Below, in pieces: positions 12,332 through 28,110 of a DNA stretch of 64,000 bases. The notes under the pieces are model-generated. The model saw nothing but the letters and a program-made list of their open reading frames with translations, did no database searches and had not been told where the DNA came from. The stretch comes from Paragordius varius. Taxonomy: Eukaryota; Animalia; Nematomorpha. How positions within the stretch are numbered: the first letter of the stretch is position 1; every line of letters starts with the position of its first letter. Made by a program: the position numbers and the translations under genes. Location of the stretch: contig OZ176052.1 in NCBI GenBank assembly GCA_964247055.1, forward strand, positions 4,836,001 to 4,900,000, given 5' to 3'.

Positions 12332-13915
12332 CTAAAGGATAAACGAAATAGAATAGGTCCTCACAATGTATATAGTCAATAAATAATCTATTAATAAACA
12401 TGACAAAAATGAAATTTTTAAATTTTTTTAAAACAAATTAAATAATTTTTATGGTTTAATTATCAAAAATATAACTCTAGAATTGATTTAAAAATCCGAT
12501 GTTTAAAGTTTTTATAAAAAACAATGTGATTTCACGAATTCGAAATTGGCATTATAATCGCAAAAAACAGGTTAACGTAAGGAGCTAAATTAACGTTTGA
12601 TGGTCTGAAAAATTGGGTAAAGGTTTATATACTTTTTGAGTATTTACTTTATCATTGTAAAATATTTGCATCTTTAGATTAAGGAAGTTGGAATATCAAG
12701 AGGTTGTTTAAATATATTAATTTTGTTGAATTTATTAAACTATAAATATAAGCTTTCTTGAGGTAATAAATTGCATGTGTAAAAAATTTCCTCCTAAAAT
12801 TTTTAATATCAATTGATGCTTTATTTATAAAAGTTAAGCGATTTTATTCGAATTCACGGGCAACACTTCTCTTTAACAATAAAATAATTAGAGCTGTTAT
12901 TGCCATTTCGGTATTTTTAATGGCTGAAAGAGAGTATAATTTACATGTCTCTTGGTATGTATGATTTTTCCTTTTTATCAATTGCATATTAAGTTGATAT
13001 TGTCGCTGATGCCTGTTCAAATCGAATGTAATTGATGAAAATTAAAAAACTAATAAATATTAACAGTGTAAATCAAACTCCGATCCATTCAAAATTCCGA
13101 AATGGTCAATACTCGTTTATAAAAGAAGGTTTAAAGATATTTATTGTGTTTAACAGTTCATTACTTTTCACTTTTTTATAGACAGGTACATTCAGTGTTA
13201 TTTCTGTGCCAAATTTTAAATTTGTAAAAAAACTCTAATTATGAAAGTAATTTTACTAATAATTTAACTATTTAGATGCTACCCACAAACAAAACAAACA
13301 TTTGATTAAAACATTTATAATCAAAAATTTGTGTTAAAAAAAATATCAAAAGCTTTTATATTTAATTATTTTTCTTTTTTAATTCGTCAGTTTTTCAATG
13401 ACAACAAAATACTTAAAGTAAAACTTCGCGGATAAAATTTTGAGATATTTTATTTTTATATATAATACGTTTAAAATTTAAATGATGTGTTAATGGCCAT
13501 AAAACGATTCTTTTTTTTTTCAAACTTATGTTCATATTTTCTAAAAGTCCTATATAATTAACATATTTATCTATCGAATTTAAGCCGAAAAATCATAAAT
13601 CAGAATTTCATTTATTATAGTTATATAAAAGGGCCTTGAACATTAATAGTCACAAAAGTTCATTTTTCACAAGGGGGAAAGGTTGGATTCACACAAAATA
13701 TCTTGGAATATATTTAAATAAACGATAACAACCATCTAATTCAACCAAGCGTATTTAGTTGTAAAACATCTTTCTTTAATGATTTGATTAAAAAGCAAAG
13801 AAAAGTATTTTTAAATTATATTAAAATATTCCCCAAAAAGGCAATTTTTTGGAATTAAACATTTGGATTAAAAAAGTGTATTTAATAAATGTTTAAAACA
13901 ATAATAAGCACATAC

Positions 13916-14721
13916 GTTAGATTTTGCAACAATATATTCGCCCATTTCCTTTAATCTGTCATAATCATTAACCACATTTAGTTTATTGGGGGCATTTGAT
14001 CCAGATTCGATAAATTTTTCATTCTTTTTGCAAACAACGTTTTGTTTCCATGTTTTATGGTGTTTAGATGTTGCAGGTTTATTCGAAAGATCCAGTAACA
14101 TGGTATCTTCATTACTTTCAAACTCATAATTAGAATTTAGGGCGACATCATTCATTTTTTTATCATATTTGTTAATAACAGATTCTTTCCCCAAGTGGCG
14201 GCAGGGTTCAATGTTTTGATGACGATTATTTAAACAATATGTACAGTTAACTAGTGTGGTTGAATTACCGTTTAATTTATTTTCTTCGCTATTACCTTTG
14301 TAATAGTAATAATTAGTGGTATTAATTGACGACTTGTTAATTGCAACAAAGTTTGATTCATGGCCATGAATATTAGTTGTAGCGTTGTTACCATTTTTAT
14401 TTTTAATTAATTGTTGTTTGCCTGGATACGTGGTGTTGGTACTCAAAATATTAGATTTTAACTGTTTTTCATTTTCTTTCATCCATATATCATTAATCTT
14501 TTCAGGCATTAGACCTTGCTTACCAGCTAACTTAAAGTTTATATCAGAAATCTTATATTTGTATGATAAATTATCATTATTTATACTATTGTTGTTATCA
14601 GTGGATGATGATAAAAAGGTATCTTTAGTGGAATCGCCATTGAAATACAACATTATGTTTGTACCAATAATTTTTTGACAAAAAGGGTTTGTAATGATTT
14701 CGTTATATGTTGATAAACCAA
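13916..14721 (-). CDS. Large Asn-rich coding exon, probably an upstream exon of the CNC gene
   Basis: 261-codon ORF (13868-14653) in very AT-rich DNA, with a phase-0 donor (AAC|GTATGT at 13916) and an acceptor near 14721. A phase-0 exon may follow at 13234. The link to exon 12331 was not resolved. Confidence 0.6.
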
Positions 14722-15984
14722 CTTAAATATCTGTGTCTAAAAATAAGTTGTTGAATATATGGTGTAAAATATTTTTATACAGTATATGAATATAAAAAAA
14801 TTGATTGTAATTGAACTAATTTAATTTAATGAGCACATCGAATGATGGGACGTAACAAAAAAAGATATGTTAAGCATATCAATTTGATCCTGCAGAATAT
14901 ATATGGTACAGATATGTTTTCAAAAAAATATTTTTAGACTATTAAATAGATATAAATTAGAGTGCACATATATGACTAGTTAGTATTGCGCGATTAGAAT
15001 TCCCTAAAAGAATGGTATAATAAGGACATTTTTTTCAAAAAAAACGTGTACCACAAATAGTTAATATAAGCAACCAAAAAAAAGTTAAAAGTTTCTTCTC
15101 ATATATTTAATATTTCAATATTTTATTTTTTATTATACAGGAGGAGGATGTACTCAATTTCGCTGGCTCATAATTTTTTTATTGAGGCAACAACACACTA
15201 CACATAATAATCAGTCAGCGTGCCTTTCAATCTATTTTCCTTTTTATATATTTATTTTATACATTATTGAAAAACATTTAGTTTTTTTAGTAATTTAGTT
15301 ATTGTAGTTGATAGAAGCTATTGGACTGGGTATCATTGTAAAATTATTTGCAAGGTTCTTTTTTTAGAAAGTAACATGCAGGAGGAGGACACATATACAA
15401 TGCAAAAATATAAATTCATTTTATTCCCTTTTTAAGTTGGTTGTACTTTATTTTGGGTATAGTACCTCATTCTATCCCAAATGACATTACACAATCTGAA
15501 ATAAGTACACTGATTAACCATCTCAAAGTTATTTGCAACTAACTCAAGGGTATATTAATAGAAAAGGCCCTATTTTTTATATTAAAGATAAAAGTGACTC
15601 AACTTTGTCGGGATTTCTCCCAGAATATTTTTACCCCTCGCGCAATGCAAAGTTCAAATTTGTTTTTATCAACCATTTATCATATATTTTACCTGTCCTT
15701 TTTATAATTATTCAAATTTTATACAAAACTTCACCCCATCTAGCCTAAAAAACGATAATTTTGCTGTGAACACAAAAAGGTATAAGGGACAAAATGCACT
15801 TTTATGTATGAATATATGTCTGTGTTATACAAAGATATTTATTGTTAAAATACGTTTTATGCACTACACATGTAAAAAATGGGTTTAAAGTTCATTTGAT
15901 AAAAAATATCTTAAGATTACCCGTACATCGCCAAGTAAAATATGGGGTATGTATTTTTATTAGAGTATGCACATTAATTTAAAT

Positions 15985-16170
15985 CCATCTTATTGTTGAA
16001 CAATCGGTATCACAATAGCGTATGGGTAAAAAGCAACAAACAGTTGAAAAGCCAATCTATCAACATAAATTTTATCTAATTATGGACAAAATTTGATTTA
16101 AATCATATGCTACTCTATTACCAATCGCCCAACAATATGTAAATTAACCAACATTAATGTGCATACTGTA
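15985..16170. mobile_element. Tc1/mariner-like MITE family E
   Basis: Ends aacattaatgtgcatactg|ta and shares the core of 58940-59150. Related copies lie near 19965-20095, 23710-23900 and 58240-58440. Confidence 0.6.
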
Positions 16171-18631
16171 TTTGTACATAGTCTTCACTGGTAAATTAGT
16201 GTAAAATTAAGCATTATCTATCCCAAAGAAAATTTTATAAAACAATTATCAGTATATATTCAAATGTTGGCCCATAGTTTATAATGAGAGTACGTGCGTA
16301 CTATGTATTACTTACGTATGATATTTATTTTTCTATTATTTTAAGAATGTTTCAATAACCCTTATATTCCTCCAACTATTTTGACATAATATTTTTTATA
16401 TATAATTAATGCAATTTCGCTTTTAACAAAATTTTTTATATACAATAACAATTACATACGCTGCAAAGATAATATATCCAAAATAATAGGCAGTAATACG
16501 ATATAATACGATAATTATTCAGTATGAAATCACTTAACACAATAATATTGGACATTTTAAAAAATGCCTATTTTAAATAAATTCTGGTAAAAAACGGAGA
16601 CCACAGAAATAGCTAAAATATATTTAATGAAAGGTTAGCGTAAAATTATTTTTTTTACATTTTAAACGGAATCGAAAACATAGCTATGAGATAAGTTTTA
16701 CACTTTTAAATACAGTTTGTGCAAATAAAATTAATAATTATTGATGCTTATTTGTATGTTCTCATTATATTACATAATTTATTAATATAAACTATTTTAT
16801 TCATACGAGTAAGTCCAATATTTAATTTCCTCATAATACGCTCAAAGAAATTTTTTTTATAACTAACATAATAAACTATAAATAAATATATGTACCAGAC
16901 GGGGGGCATGACTAGACACAGTTTTTATATGAACAACACATTACATTGAATTTGTATGCGTTTATTCTAACTTTTACTATGCGCATAAATAGGTATAAAA
17001 ACATTTTTTATAATATTTTTAGATGATGCATCAATATTAATACTAAGTTACATTATTGTTTGTTATTCATGTGCGTACAACACAAACACACACACATTAC
17101 TCTCTCAATAGGGGTCAACGTACAAAATATAAACCAATAGATAAAGAGATGTATGTATGTACATTTAAATTGTGTGATGTTGGCAATAATATCATCCCAA
17201 ACGATACGAGATAACCAACAAATTTGCCTAAAATAATTTTCATAATATTTTTTATAAATTTGATAAAAAATAGGGGGCGAAAGGTCCTTAATACAAATTA
17301 TGCATTCTAGTATTTCATATCAAATAGGGCAGTTGATAACTGTATCACTTTAATAACTTGTGTTACATTGATCTAACATAAACTATATTAAAATGTTTTG
17401 ATGAGAAAAAATAACAGGTCTGACCAGGTATAAATGCAGCCATTCACGAAAGTAGTGAGACATCAAAACATATTTGTATAAATAAAACAAAAAAGGAATA
17501 AGTAAACAAACTGGTTTTAATTTTTAATAAAGGGAGACATTATGTGCGGCCCGCGAATAATTTGGAAATCCATAATTTACATGCATCAAAATATTAGGGA
17601 TAATATTAAACCAAATTTTTTAGGCCTATTTAATTGACAACGTAATCTGGTAAATTATGGTGCATTTTCAGTCTTATTTTCAAAATCTATAGCATTTATT
17701 AATTCCCATTTATACATTTAAAATGCGAACTGTAATTTTTTCGAGGCAAAATGCGGCCCACAAAGGCATTTATGTTGGACACCTTTGGTAACAACAATTT
17801 GGAAAAATTTGAAATTGCAAAAAAATAAACACAACCAATATTTACCATGTGTTAAACACAGGTTTAATTATTTGACAGTTATAAAGAGTCAGGGTCATTA
17901 ATGCTTTCATAAGATTACGAAACGAATTTATATTGTATAATTATGGCTAATATATATAATTTATGATTGTAAATATGAACAATGTTAAGTTAAATTTGAA
18001 TTCGATTGGTTATGTTTATTTGTCTAAAATAAAATTATATTATAAATGATTTCATTGAAATGTTTTTGGCGATGGATTGGTTTATAGACTAAATTCGACT
18101 TGATATAATAAAAATTACCCATTAAAATATTGTTTAAATTTTATAACTTACCCAAACGCAAAGTGTTAATAAAAATCATGGCGTTTTCATAAATGCAAAA
18201 TGCGACCTAACAATAAATCCTACTTTTATGTAATAAAAGTTGTATTTCGATATAGGGCACCCATCCCTCGCTCATATGCCCTATTTTGGAAAAAATATTT
18301 GGGTCATTATCGGCATCATTGACCTTTTTAAAAAATGTATTACTTTATTTATTTATTTGAAATAATAAAAATTTGACAATATTTAATAATTTATGGCTCT
18401 TTATAAATATTAATAAAACCCTTCTAGTAAGTTTATGGGAAGGTTATCTCAACCATGAATGGAAACAATTAGGTCTTTTAAAAATCAGCATGAAAAAAAG
18501 GAGTGGTTCTCTATAATATTATTTAAATTATCACTGACGTTATTATTCGGTTGTACTGATTTATAAATTTGATAAAATAAATTATTAGTTATAACAAATA
18601 ACTTACTTTATTGTGTTTTTTAATAATTCAA

Positions 18632-18892
18632 TCAAAAAAAGAAACTGGTTTCGGATCTTTTTATTTGATTCTTTGCAGCTTTTAAAACCAAAACTGGTCT
18701 AAACGACAAATAAAACAAAATTTTGATAATTAATATGATAGCTTCTTTAAAACATAATAAAATGTAAATCACTACAAGCAAAAAGAAGTCATCAAATGTA
18801 TTAGCGAAGATTAAACCATCCCAAAATATTTCAATATAATTGTTAAAGATAAACATTATTCCAAGTATTTTTCCGATAAACTGGTCGGTAAC
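18632..18892 (-). CDS. Possible terminal exon of an unidentified membrane protein
   Basis: Open ~87 codons from a TAG acceptor (VTDQFIGKILGIMFIF...FFLLVVIYILLCFKEAIILIIKILFYLSFRP...). Two hydrophobic stretches; AATAAA shortly after the stop. Upstream exons not resolved. Confidence 0.3.
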   Translation of the reverse strand, partial: VTDQFIGKILGIMFIFNNYIEIFWDGLIFANTFDDFFLLVVIYILLCFKEAIILIIKILFYLSFRPVLVLKAAKNQIKRSETSFFF

Positions 18893-21800
18893 CTAATCAT
18901 TTAGTCAGCTGATGGGCATGACAATGACCATAGAATAAATAACTTAGGTATTTTTAATAAACCATTAAAAATGTAAGGTATATTAGCTTCTAAACATATG
19001 TTAAATATTTAAGATAGGACCCAACACAAATAACTTCGCGAAGCGCATTTTTAAAGAACCGGCTGACCGGATTTATATGTATATATGGGCATTCATCAAT
19101 ATTTTATTAGTTTAAAACACATCACTGTAAAATGCAAACACAATATAAAAATATTTCCAGCACGTTGCCAATCGGATAGGTTTATTCCGAATTATTTATT
19201 ATCAATTTTACTAATATTTTGTAAGCCTATTTGTGGATTTCCAAATTTCGTATATATATATATCTAAAACCATAACTCATCAAGATTTGTTTACCAATAC
19301 ATAACTTTAGAATTTCCTAACCCGTTATTATCTAATCTTTATTTTTTGTTTTTATATATATTTTATATTAAACTATTATATCTTAATTAATTTTCTTTTC
19401 CCATATATTTTATAATCGATTATATCGGTCAGAATTTAAATAACTAAAATCCTTTGGAACAAAAAACCGAAAATCAAAAAATATGGCCTTCGGATTGAAT
19501 TTTATAAAACCCAATCCAATCGTTCCCTATAAATCTTTTATGAAAACTATTTAGATTCAAATATTAAAAATTACTGTAACGCAAAAAAATAATCATTGTG
19601 CGTAAAACCCAAATATACACTGACCTCGAAATAAATTTGTCAATTCACTTTTTAATTAAACAGGTTTTACCTAAGGAGGCTAAAATTATATTAATAATAA
19701 ATAAATATTATTTAATTGTCTAGTTAAACTAAAAATAATGCTTTTATTTCTATTAAATTGTTTGCACAAGGCTAACTACTTCCGTTGATAATGACATGCG
19801 AAATTCTAAATAGGACATAATCTTAGATTTTCTCATATGACTAAGTGTAACATGAATCTAAAATTATTACTTTGTCCCAATATTTTATAAGCTTTGCTAG
19901 TATTTTAACCTTATATAGTTAACGAAACCAACTGAAAAGAGGCATTATTTAAAAGTAGGCAGATAGTGTATGCACATTAATGTTGGTTAATTCACATTTA
20001 TTTTGGCCAAATGGCAATACAGTGGCAACAACTGGAAATTAGCCAACAATAACAATTGACCAAAATTAATGTGTATATTGCGATTTCTATGAAAAAAAAT
20101 TTGTAAAATTGATCATGATCTGTGTTTAAATTTATCGTCAGAAAAATTACCATAAGCTAGCAAAACCTAATCATCTTATATTATATTATTCAGCAAATAT
20201 TCGGGCCAGTGGTAATTTTATTAATTTATATTTAATTTGTATAATATTAATTGTCACGCCCTATGGCTCGAATCCCATAACTTTAAATTTGATAAAATAA
20301 TGATTTGTGTACGGTAACATTTACAAATTTTTAACTCTACAAAAATTTCAATTTTATAAAGAATTGAGGTTAACTTAAATCTATTTTTGGATAATTTTAA
20401 TAAATATACGTAATATATAATTGCTTAATTTTTTGAATAATAAATTGAATCTTAGCAAAAACTTAACAATTATCCTCTTCATTAATATGAAGTTTTTACG
20501 TATGTTTCATCAGATGCGTCAAAAAAACAAAGCTGTTCCCATTTTTTATCAATTTAAGGATATTGTTGGTGGTTTTTTTCTTTTCCCCTTAAATTGTCAG
20601 TATTTAAAGTAAACAAAAGAGTATTTAAATAAAATTATTACCTTGAGAGGAAAATCAAATCCAAATTGTGGTTAAAATGTTAGAATTTGTGGAATATGTT
20701 TCGCATAAGCAAAAAAATTATTTACACTTGATATATGTATGAGGTGTAAGGGTAAAGGTAAAAATTGTATTATGTGTGGGAATTTTGAAGAAAAAAAATA
20801 TTAATGATATAAAAATATTCGAATTAACCTCAACATTGTTTCAATGTAATATTGGTAATTAAACCAAATCTGTGTTATTTTGATCATTTATATATGTATA
20901 AATTTATGTTATCAGTCTTTTTTGTTCAAATTGATATCATTTCTGTGAAAATCAAATAGCCAAAACCCCTATGATGGAGAAAGGTGTAATAATGTAGGAA
21001 TAAGTCAGTGTACCAAAAATATAAAATTTGGTTTAGTGTAGTTATATAGATTAGTAAATATTAGTTATATTATTCTACGATAAAATAACACGTACACAGT
21101 TTTTTTCCGATTTGATGGATGTTACGTTAAGTAAGTAATTAGTAAAAATTTATAGAAATCCCATTTTTTATTTTGTTTGAATATGATATCCAACCAAAGT
21201 GTCTGAGAATTAAATAATGCGCAAATTAAAAAAATGACAGCTCATTAATTTTAGCATGATTAAAAGGTACATAGACCTTTGAAGGGTGAAGTTTGTGGAA
21301 TGTTATAACAAAAGTAGATCATGAAAATTTAAGGAGGTATATACGGCTTTATATTAAATGAACCATATTATATATAAAATACGTGATGCATAGGATAGAG
21401 CTAATTTCGAAAATAATTAATTTTGAATTTTTGAAAGATATATGGAATAAAATAATTAATATTTTCCGTGATTATACATATTTTTTAACTGATTTTTTTA
21501 ATTTAAATAACAATTTTTAAATAATATATACATTTTGTTCGTTAAAAATATAGCGAAAAAATACCAATATAAATTATTTTTGTAGATGAAAAAAAATATG
21601 ATTAAACAATACTAATATATATAACAATACAGCATGATAAAACAAATATTATATATTTAGCGAAATAGTTAAACTGCAAAAAACAGTAGAGCGTGGTTTA
21701 AAAGGTCAGGGGCAAGTATTTAATATTAAATTTTAAGAAAAACTTTCATTAATAATATGCTAAAATCGCGACTTTATCCCTATAAAAATATTTTGATAAC

Positions 21801-24605
21801 AATGTGTATATAATTTCATATAATCAATATAATTTTGATGAAGGCAAAAATTTTACATATATTTTACCGTTATTTAACATACCGCATATATTTCGCTTAT
21901 TTAGCTTTTTTGTAATATTTTTTTTTTGTATTTATTTATCACAATTGATGTTAAAATGGGAAAATAAAAAAATAATAAAAAATGTATAATATATAGAACA
22001 GAAGCTAAAAGTTCAGGATCATTCATGCTTACTGCGTTAACTAAACAAACTAACGAACGAGTTAGCGAAATTAACCTTTATTTTACTTTCAATCTCATGA
22101 CATACATATAATAATATTTCTTTCTACCTTTTAACATTGATTTCAGTTTTATTAGACAGAGAATTTTATATTTAAATCTTTAACAGTTTTATTGATGTCA
22201 CGTTATACCATACCATAAGTTGCACAAAAAAGTTTCACAATGTGTCTCTGCTATACATTCTTTATGTATTATTATAAATTTAACAATAATTATAACTATA
22301 ATATGGTAAATAATCATGATAATTTTAATCTTAGACAACAACTATATAACGTTAGAATAAATTTAATAGAAAAATTAATTATTAACAAAAACTTTTTTGT
22401 GTGTGATAACAAGTATGTAGATATGTTATATGTATAATTAATATTAAAACACAGCATTAGAAAGTGAGTGACACAGTTTTTGCGCGACCTATTGACCTAT
22501 ACCTCACCTTTCTTTCTTTCATTCAAAAATAACAAATATATCTTTTTTTGTATATTATTATTATCATATGCTTATAAAACATTTCCCTCAATTCTTTTAA
22601 CTCCTCCCTATAACAAAAAATAACCGTAATTTTAAGGAAAAATGTAATTAAACATATCAACTATCATTTTTAGTTGAAAGTTAATCGCAAATATGTCACA
22701 CATACTACACAAATCATAGTAACCTTTGTGTCATTGTCCAACATTAATGTTTATTACAAAATTATAATAACAACGATAAGGGGTTTAGACCTAAATTATT
22801 TATATAGGATTTGTAGTTTTATCGACACATTTATCGAATTAAATCATTTGTGCAAAAAAAACCAAATAAAACGTGATGGAGTTAAAAATGTTGTAAATGA
22901 ATGAGTAGCCTTTCTTTATTTGCTTTTGTAAATAAATGGCAACTCATCATTTATTTAAGCGTCTTTTTTGTACGTACCAATTTTGTAGCTTAAATTATCA
23001 ATGTCATATTTGACCTAGTGTGTATGGAGGACACGGTGAGGATATCAAATTTTTTTCTGCTCTAAAATATAGTGAATTTATATTTCTTTACAATTTTTAT
23101 ATATAAGAAAGATTGTAGGTGATATTTGGAGGTAGATAAGTATTTGATTCAGTAAATTTTAATAATACAAATTAGATATGAAACATTCCAGTATTACGAT
23201 TAATAATATATAAAAGCATGGCAAAAACAAATTAATAAAACATACTTAATTTTTTAATAAATATCATTCAATTTTTGGCACATCCCATATATGATGCTTA
23301 TTGCTTTACTTTGTCTGGATCAAAAAAATATAAAAAAATATTTTATAGGCATTCAGTTTCATAAAATTATTCATATAACCTTAAAATAAAGTGTGTATGT
23401 TTTTAGCACGTTAATTTTTAAATCAAAATAACCATATCGATTTACAAAACGTTCGTTCGTTCGTTCATTAACAAACTGTAAATAAGGATAAAATTTAACA
23501 ATGATATTGAGTGTGGTTTGTGGTTATATGTTATGTGTACATAAAGATTGGATTACTTTTATTCCAAAGACGGTGAACATAGCAGCCTTGTTATCGGTTT
23601 TAAAGGTTATATTAGAATATGTGTAAATATATTTATTAACAATTTTAGCGAGAAAAAACGGAAAAAATCATACTTTTTCTACGTTTATTATGTCTATTAT
23701 TCCTGAATTAGAGTGCGCACATTTATGCTGCCTTATTAACATTAATGTTGGTAAATTTGTAATACAGCGTGTAATTAAATGACCAAAGTAATGAATTCAA
23801 AAAATTGTTTAATTACAACATTTTTTTGTTTTTTTTTCCACACACTACTGTGTTGCCAATCGACCAACTAATAGTAAGCCACCATAAATGTGCATATTGT
23901 AAAAAACTTTTTACTTACGTCTAACTTAGAGTAATTAAAAATGAATGATTATTTCTGGGGTCTATTTTAATTTCAATATATATACTTTTTGACATTTCAT
24001 AAATAATTAGCAAGGTTAAAAATATAAAATATGTATTAACTGACTAACATAATAATAATAAAGAGTATTTTGGCGAATTCAAGGTAAAGGTACGAATAAA
24101 AAATGCATCCTAATTTTATATACATTATTTCGCATCAACAAAACAATAAATTTGTTTTAATGATAGTGTAATTAATATCTTATTTACTACACCTTAACAT
24201 AAATTTGTGCATCAATTGGCAAATAAATAAAATCTTATGTATGTCAGGACATATAAGTTTTTTTATCTTATTAATAAATTCAAAACTATTATAGCCAATA
24301 ATATGGATATTCACTGTAACGACAGCTTTAACACACAACTTGTATTACACATTTAATTGTTTGGAAATATTTGAAATAGTTGGCGTTTTATCAACAAATT
24401 CTAAATTAAGCCAAGTTTGTAGCATAAACGGAGATAAATTTTTCTGAATGCTCAGATCAAGTTATAATTAATAATTAAAAACCAAAACATTTCAGTTACA
24501 ATGAAAGCAGATAAAAATTTTCAGTGCTCTTAGATTTACCCACAATAAATTGTTTATAAATGCAATAAATTACTCGATATATGTAAATGTGTTCACCCTT
24601 TTAAC

Positions 24606-24832
24606 CAGTGGTTCTCAAAGGGGGTGCAATGGAAACAAATTGCAGGTATATGAGGATTTCAGGTGCAAATTAGGATTCACTGGTATAGCAAAAATATTTC
24701 AACAAACGCTGATACAAGGATCCCGTTGATTATGAATTGTATAATTTTTTTATCTTTTGGAGGAAGGGGGAGGCGCAAGAATTATTTTTTTCAATTTGGT
24801 GGGGCGTCAACAATAAAAGGTTGGAACCACTG
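24606..24832. mobile_element. hAT-like MITE
   Basis: TIRs cagtggttctcaa / ttggaaccactg. A similar right end (aggaaccactg) lies near 8447-8459. Confidence 0.65.
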
Positions 24833-27254
24833 CTTTAAGTCATCGGTTAAGCGAAGTTGCTTCTATTTTCTACCAAGAGCTTATTTTTAATCCCTATCTA
24901 TATGTGTTTTTCTGATCCAATATTGGTTAAGTAAAAAATTTATTATTGCTTTTTCTAAAAGGTTTATTTGGTATAAATAATTATTAAGCCAACTATTGTA
25001 AATGTTATGGTTTTAAATAGCATCACTATTGGTTAACCATATAAGATGGAGATATAAAGCTATAGTTTAACAGTTATATAAAATAAAAAATAATATATTT
25101 ACAAACGTATATCCGCATTATAATATATGTTAATAAATTTTGGATATAACTATTTTGTTTTTACACTAAATTTTAAATATAATCATTTATAGGCGAAGGT
25201 TAAAATTTACATCATTTTTTAAGGAATAAATTGGTATTTATTAAGCAAAAAGCGTTTAAAAAAATTTCCCATTTTGGATTAACCAACCACACATATCTTT
25301 ATAATTAGTCATATCTAACTATATATTTATTGTGTTAACCAATTTTTTTAACATATTTACATTCTCAAATATTTACATATATAATAAATAATTAACATTG
25401 CTCATCATTATTGATTCCTGCCAAAACATGGATAATCATTTTATTTATATAATGAAAAATATAGAGAGAGATAATTATAGATTTTATTATTATACTCTAT
25501 TATTGATAAATTGCTAATTTTAGTTTTAGGGGATTTTTTTACCCAATGAAAAATAAATTATGTATTTTATCGCTAAAAATGCAAACGAAATTTGCACTAT
25601 GCATAAATTTGACCTTCGACTTTTTCCTTTTGCACAATATAAATAAATATATATATTTATTAAAAACACAATGATAAATATAATAGCATGAAAATGTGCA
25701 AATTGATTGCAAAAATTTTGTGTTTCATTGATAAAAAGTGCGTACGCAATCTTTGATTTTGGTTCAATTTTTTCGTTTTATTTGTAATACAAAACAATAT
25801 ATAATTTCTATGACTATTTAGTATTTATATTGTTATATATATGAAATCTTAATAGAAATTTATTTGAGATATTGAAAATATATTTTTATAAAAAACATAA
25901 AACTTTTTAAATCAACATTTTAATTATGCCAATAGGTAAAAAATAAAATCTAAATTTAATTGTTTTGTTCTCACACCTAGCATATTTAGACTTTTTTAAT
26001 AAATAAACTTTTTACAAAATAGAATATCAACCCTAAAAGTATAGAAAACGATATTTTTAACCAGTCAATTACTCACGCCCAATTTCGCTAATTTATGAAC
26101 CATTTTTTTCCGACAAAGTTCATTCAAAATATCCGTAATTTTATTCATAATGGCAAGAGTTATAATTAAATCGAACTGTAATTAGGTCATAAAAAATATT
26201 TTGGGGTGTATGCGTGTTGGAATAACATATATAATTATTTGTACGTACACATATAATCATGATAACATAATCGATTGACCCGTAAACTGTGTTATTTAAA
26301 TAGACACTTATTTAACCTTAAATTGATTTAGTATTATTAATGTTATAAACATACCAAATTTTATAAGTAGTTAATAAGCAGGTGGTCCCTTATAATAGAA
26401 TTTTAAACATACATAAAAAGATATTTATTTAGATTAGCGTTCAATAATAATAATTTATTAATAATACCTTAAAGTGATTTAAACCAAAGATATATTAAAC
26501 AATATTTCCGCATTTTTTAAATTTCCGCGTATACCTTTTGAAATTATAAAACATTATCAAGATCCAGCTTAGCAAACACAATTTGTGCCAAGTGAAACTT
26601 GTGTGCACACTTGTGTGCACATACTATAATTAGACCAATTTTTTATTCTATATTACTCTATTATTCATAATTAAAAAATTTACAAGCAACGTTATGATAA
26701 TTATAACAATGATAATAATATAAATTAAAGGCTATTTTCACACGATAACATAGCCGATAGATTTTCATGATAGATATATGGGCCATTAAATAGGGCCCAC
26801 TTGTGTTATATTTATAACAGGCCGCATGCAAACGTTTAAGGACTGTCTAAAAATAAATATATTAACGTAAATTTTATATATAGATTCCGATTTTCGTCCA
26901 GTTAGGTAAATAGTTTCAGTTATTTAATATATATATTACATTATGCTATGAAAATCGTGGAGAAATTTTGGTTTATAATATGAATAAAACTAACCCTATC
27001 CAACCATTTAATTGATAAATAATAACTTTTGGAATAATCCTGTCATTTTGGGATTAAGACACAGTCAAACTCCGCTAGATTAAACTGACAAGGTATAAAA
27101 ATGCTACATTAATTAAATAATTAAGGATGATAAAAACTGAACAAAGCCGTATTTACCGTGGACCACATGGACTATTGGCTAATTAGTTCTATTTTAATAC
27201 ACAATGTCCACAAAAAATAACCTGTTGAAATATTTAAATTTTGATAAGAAAATG

Positions 27255-28110
27255 TATTAGGATTATCCTGGTGCTTTTTGGTATTGGCCCTTACGCGAGA
27301 TTTAAATAAGTTATTTGCAATTTTAAAACAAAGTTTTGCTTCATTTCAAAAAATATCACAATATATCATGTAAACTGCAAATAAAAAGAAGAACACTATT
27401 TTTTTAGATGTGGCCTCCAAAAACCACCAATTTTAGCTCTTTTAAAATGGGCGAGTTCCCCTAAACACATAAATGACGTGGTTGCACATTTAAAATTAAA
27501 TACACTAAATTTTTATATAACTAAAAATTAAAAATTTCATTTTTTTGAAGCGTGCTTCATACTATTTTGAGGCATGATGGAAAGGGTATAAAAACGCTTT
27601 AACAAATTATAATAACATTAGCAAAATTTAAGGATACTAAAGTTTCTGACACCTAGGAATTTTTATAAAATATTTTCAAATTTATATCAAATTGTACATT
27701 TTTTAAAAAATGTTCAAGTGAAAGAAGCGATAGAAATGTTTAGCATCATCGAATTCTAAAAAAACCGTTTTTATAATGTTTTTGAGCATCTTTATACAGC
27801 ATAATACCTCAGCTTCAAAAAAATTTGTAAAATATAAATTTTTAATAAAATTAGCATTTATTTGAAATATTTTTAGTTGACACCAATTTAGTATATATTT
27901 AAAATTTTTATTGCCTAATCTTGGCGTTTTCTCGTTTATTTTTTAAAAAAAGTCCATTTTAAAAGAGTAAAAAAATGGGATTTTCGGAGCCCACATCTAA
28001 AAATTAAATATTACAACAAATATTGTTTGCTTTTTCTTTGTAGTTTATATATCTTAATAATATTTTTTGGAATGAAGCCTTTAGCTTTCACAACAAAATT
28101 TTGTTTAACA
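27255..28110. mobile_element. Degenerate foldback/MITE with long imperfect inverted arms (family G)
   Basis: tagatgtggcctccaaaaacc...ttttaaaatgg (~27406-27452) is inverted against ccattttaaaagag...ttcggagcccacatcta (~27957-28010). Related pieces at ~34090-34770 and ~50505-50750. Confidence 0.55.

Noticed and set aside
18900-19340. Long minus-strand frame with scattered stops suggesting stop-codon reassignment
   Set aside because: Conserved genes in the window end in TAA or TAG with no in-frame stops, so the standard code applies.
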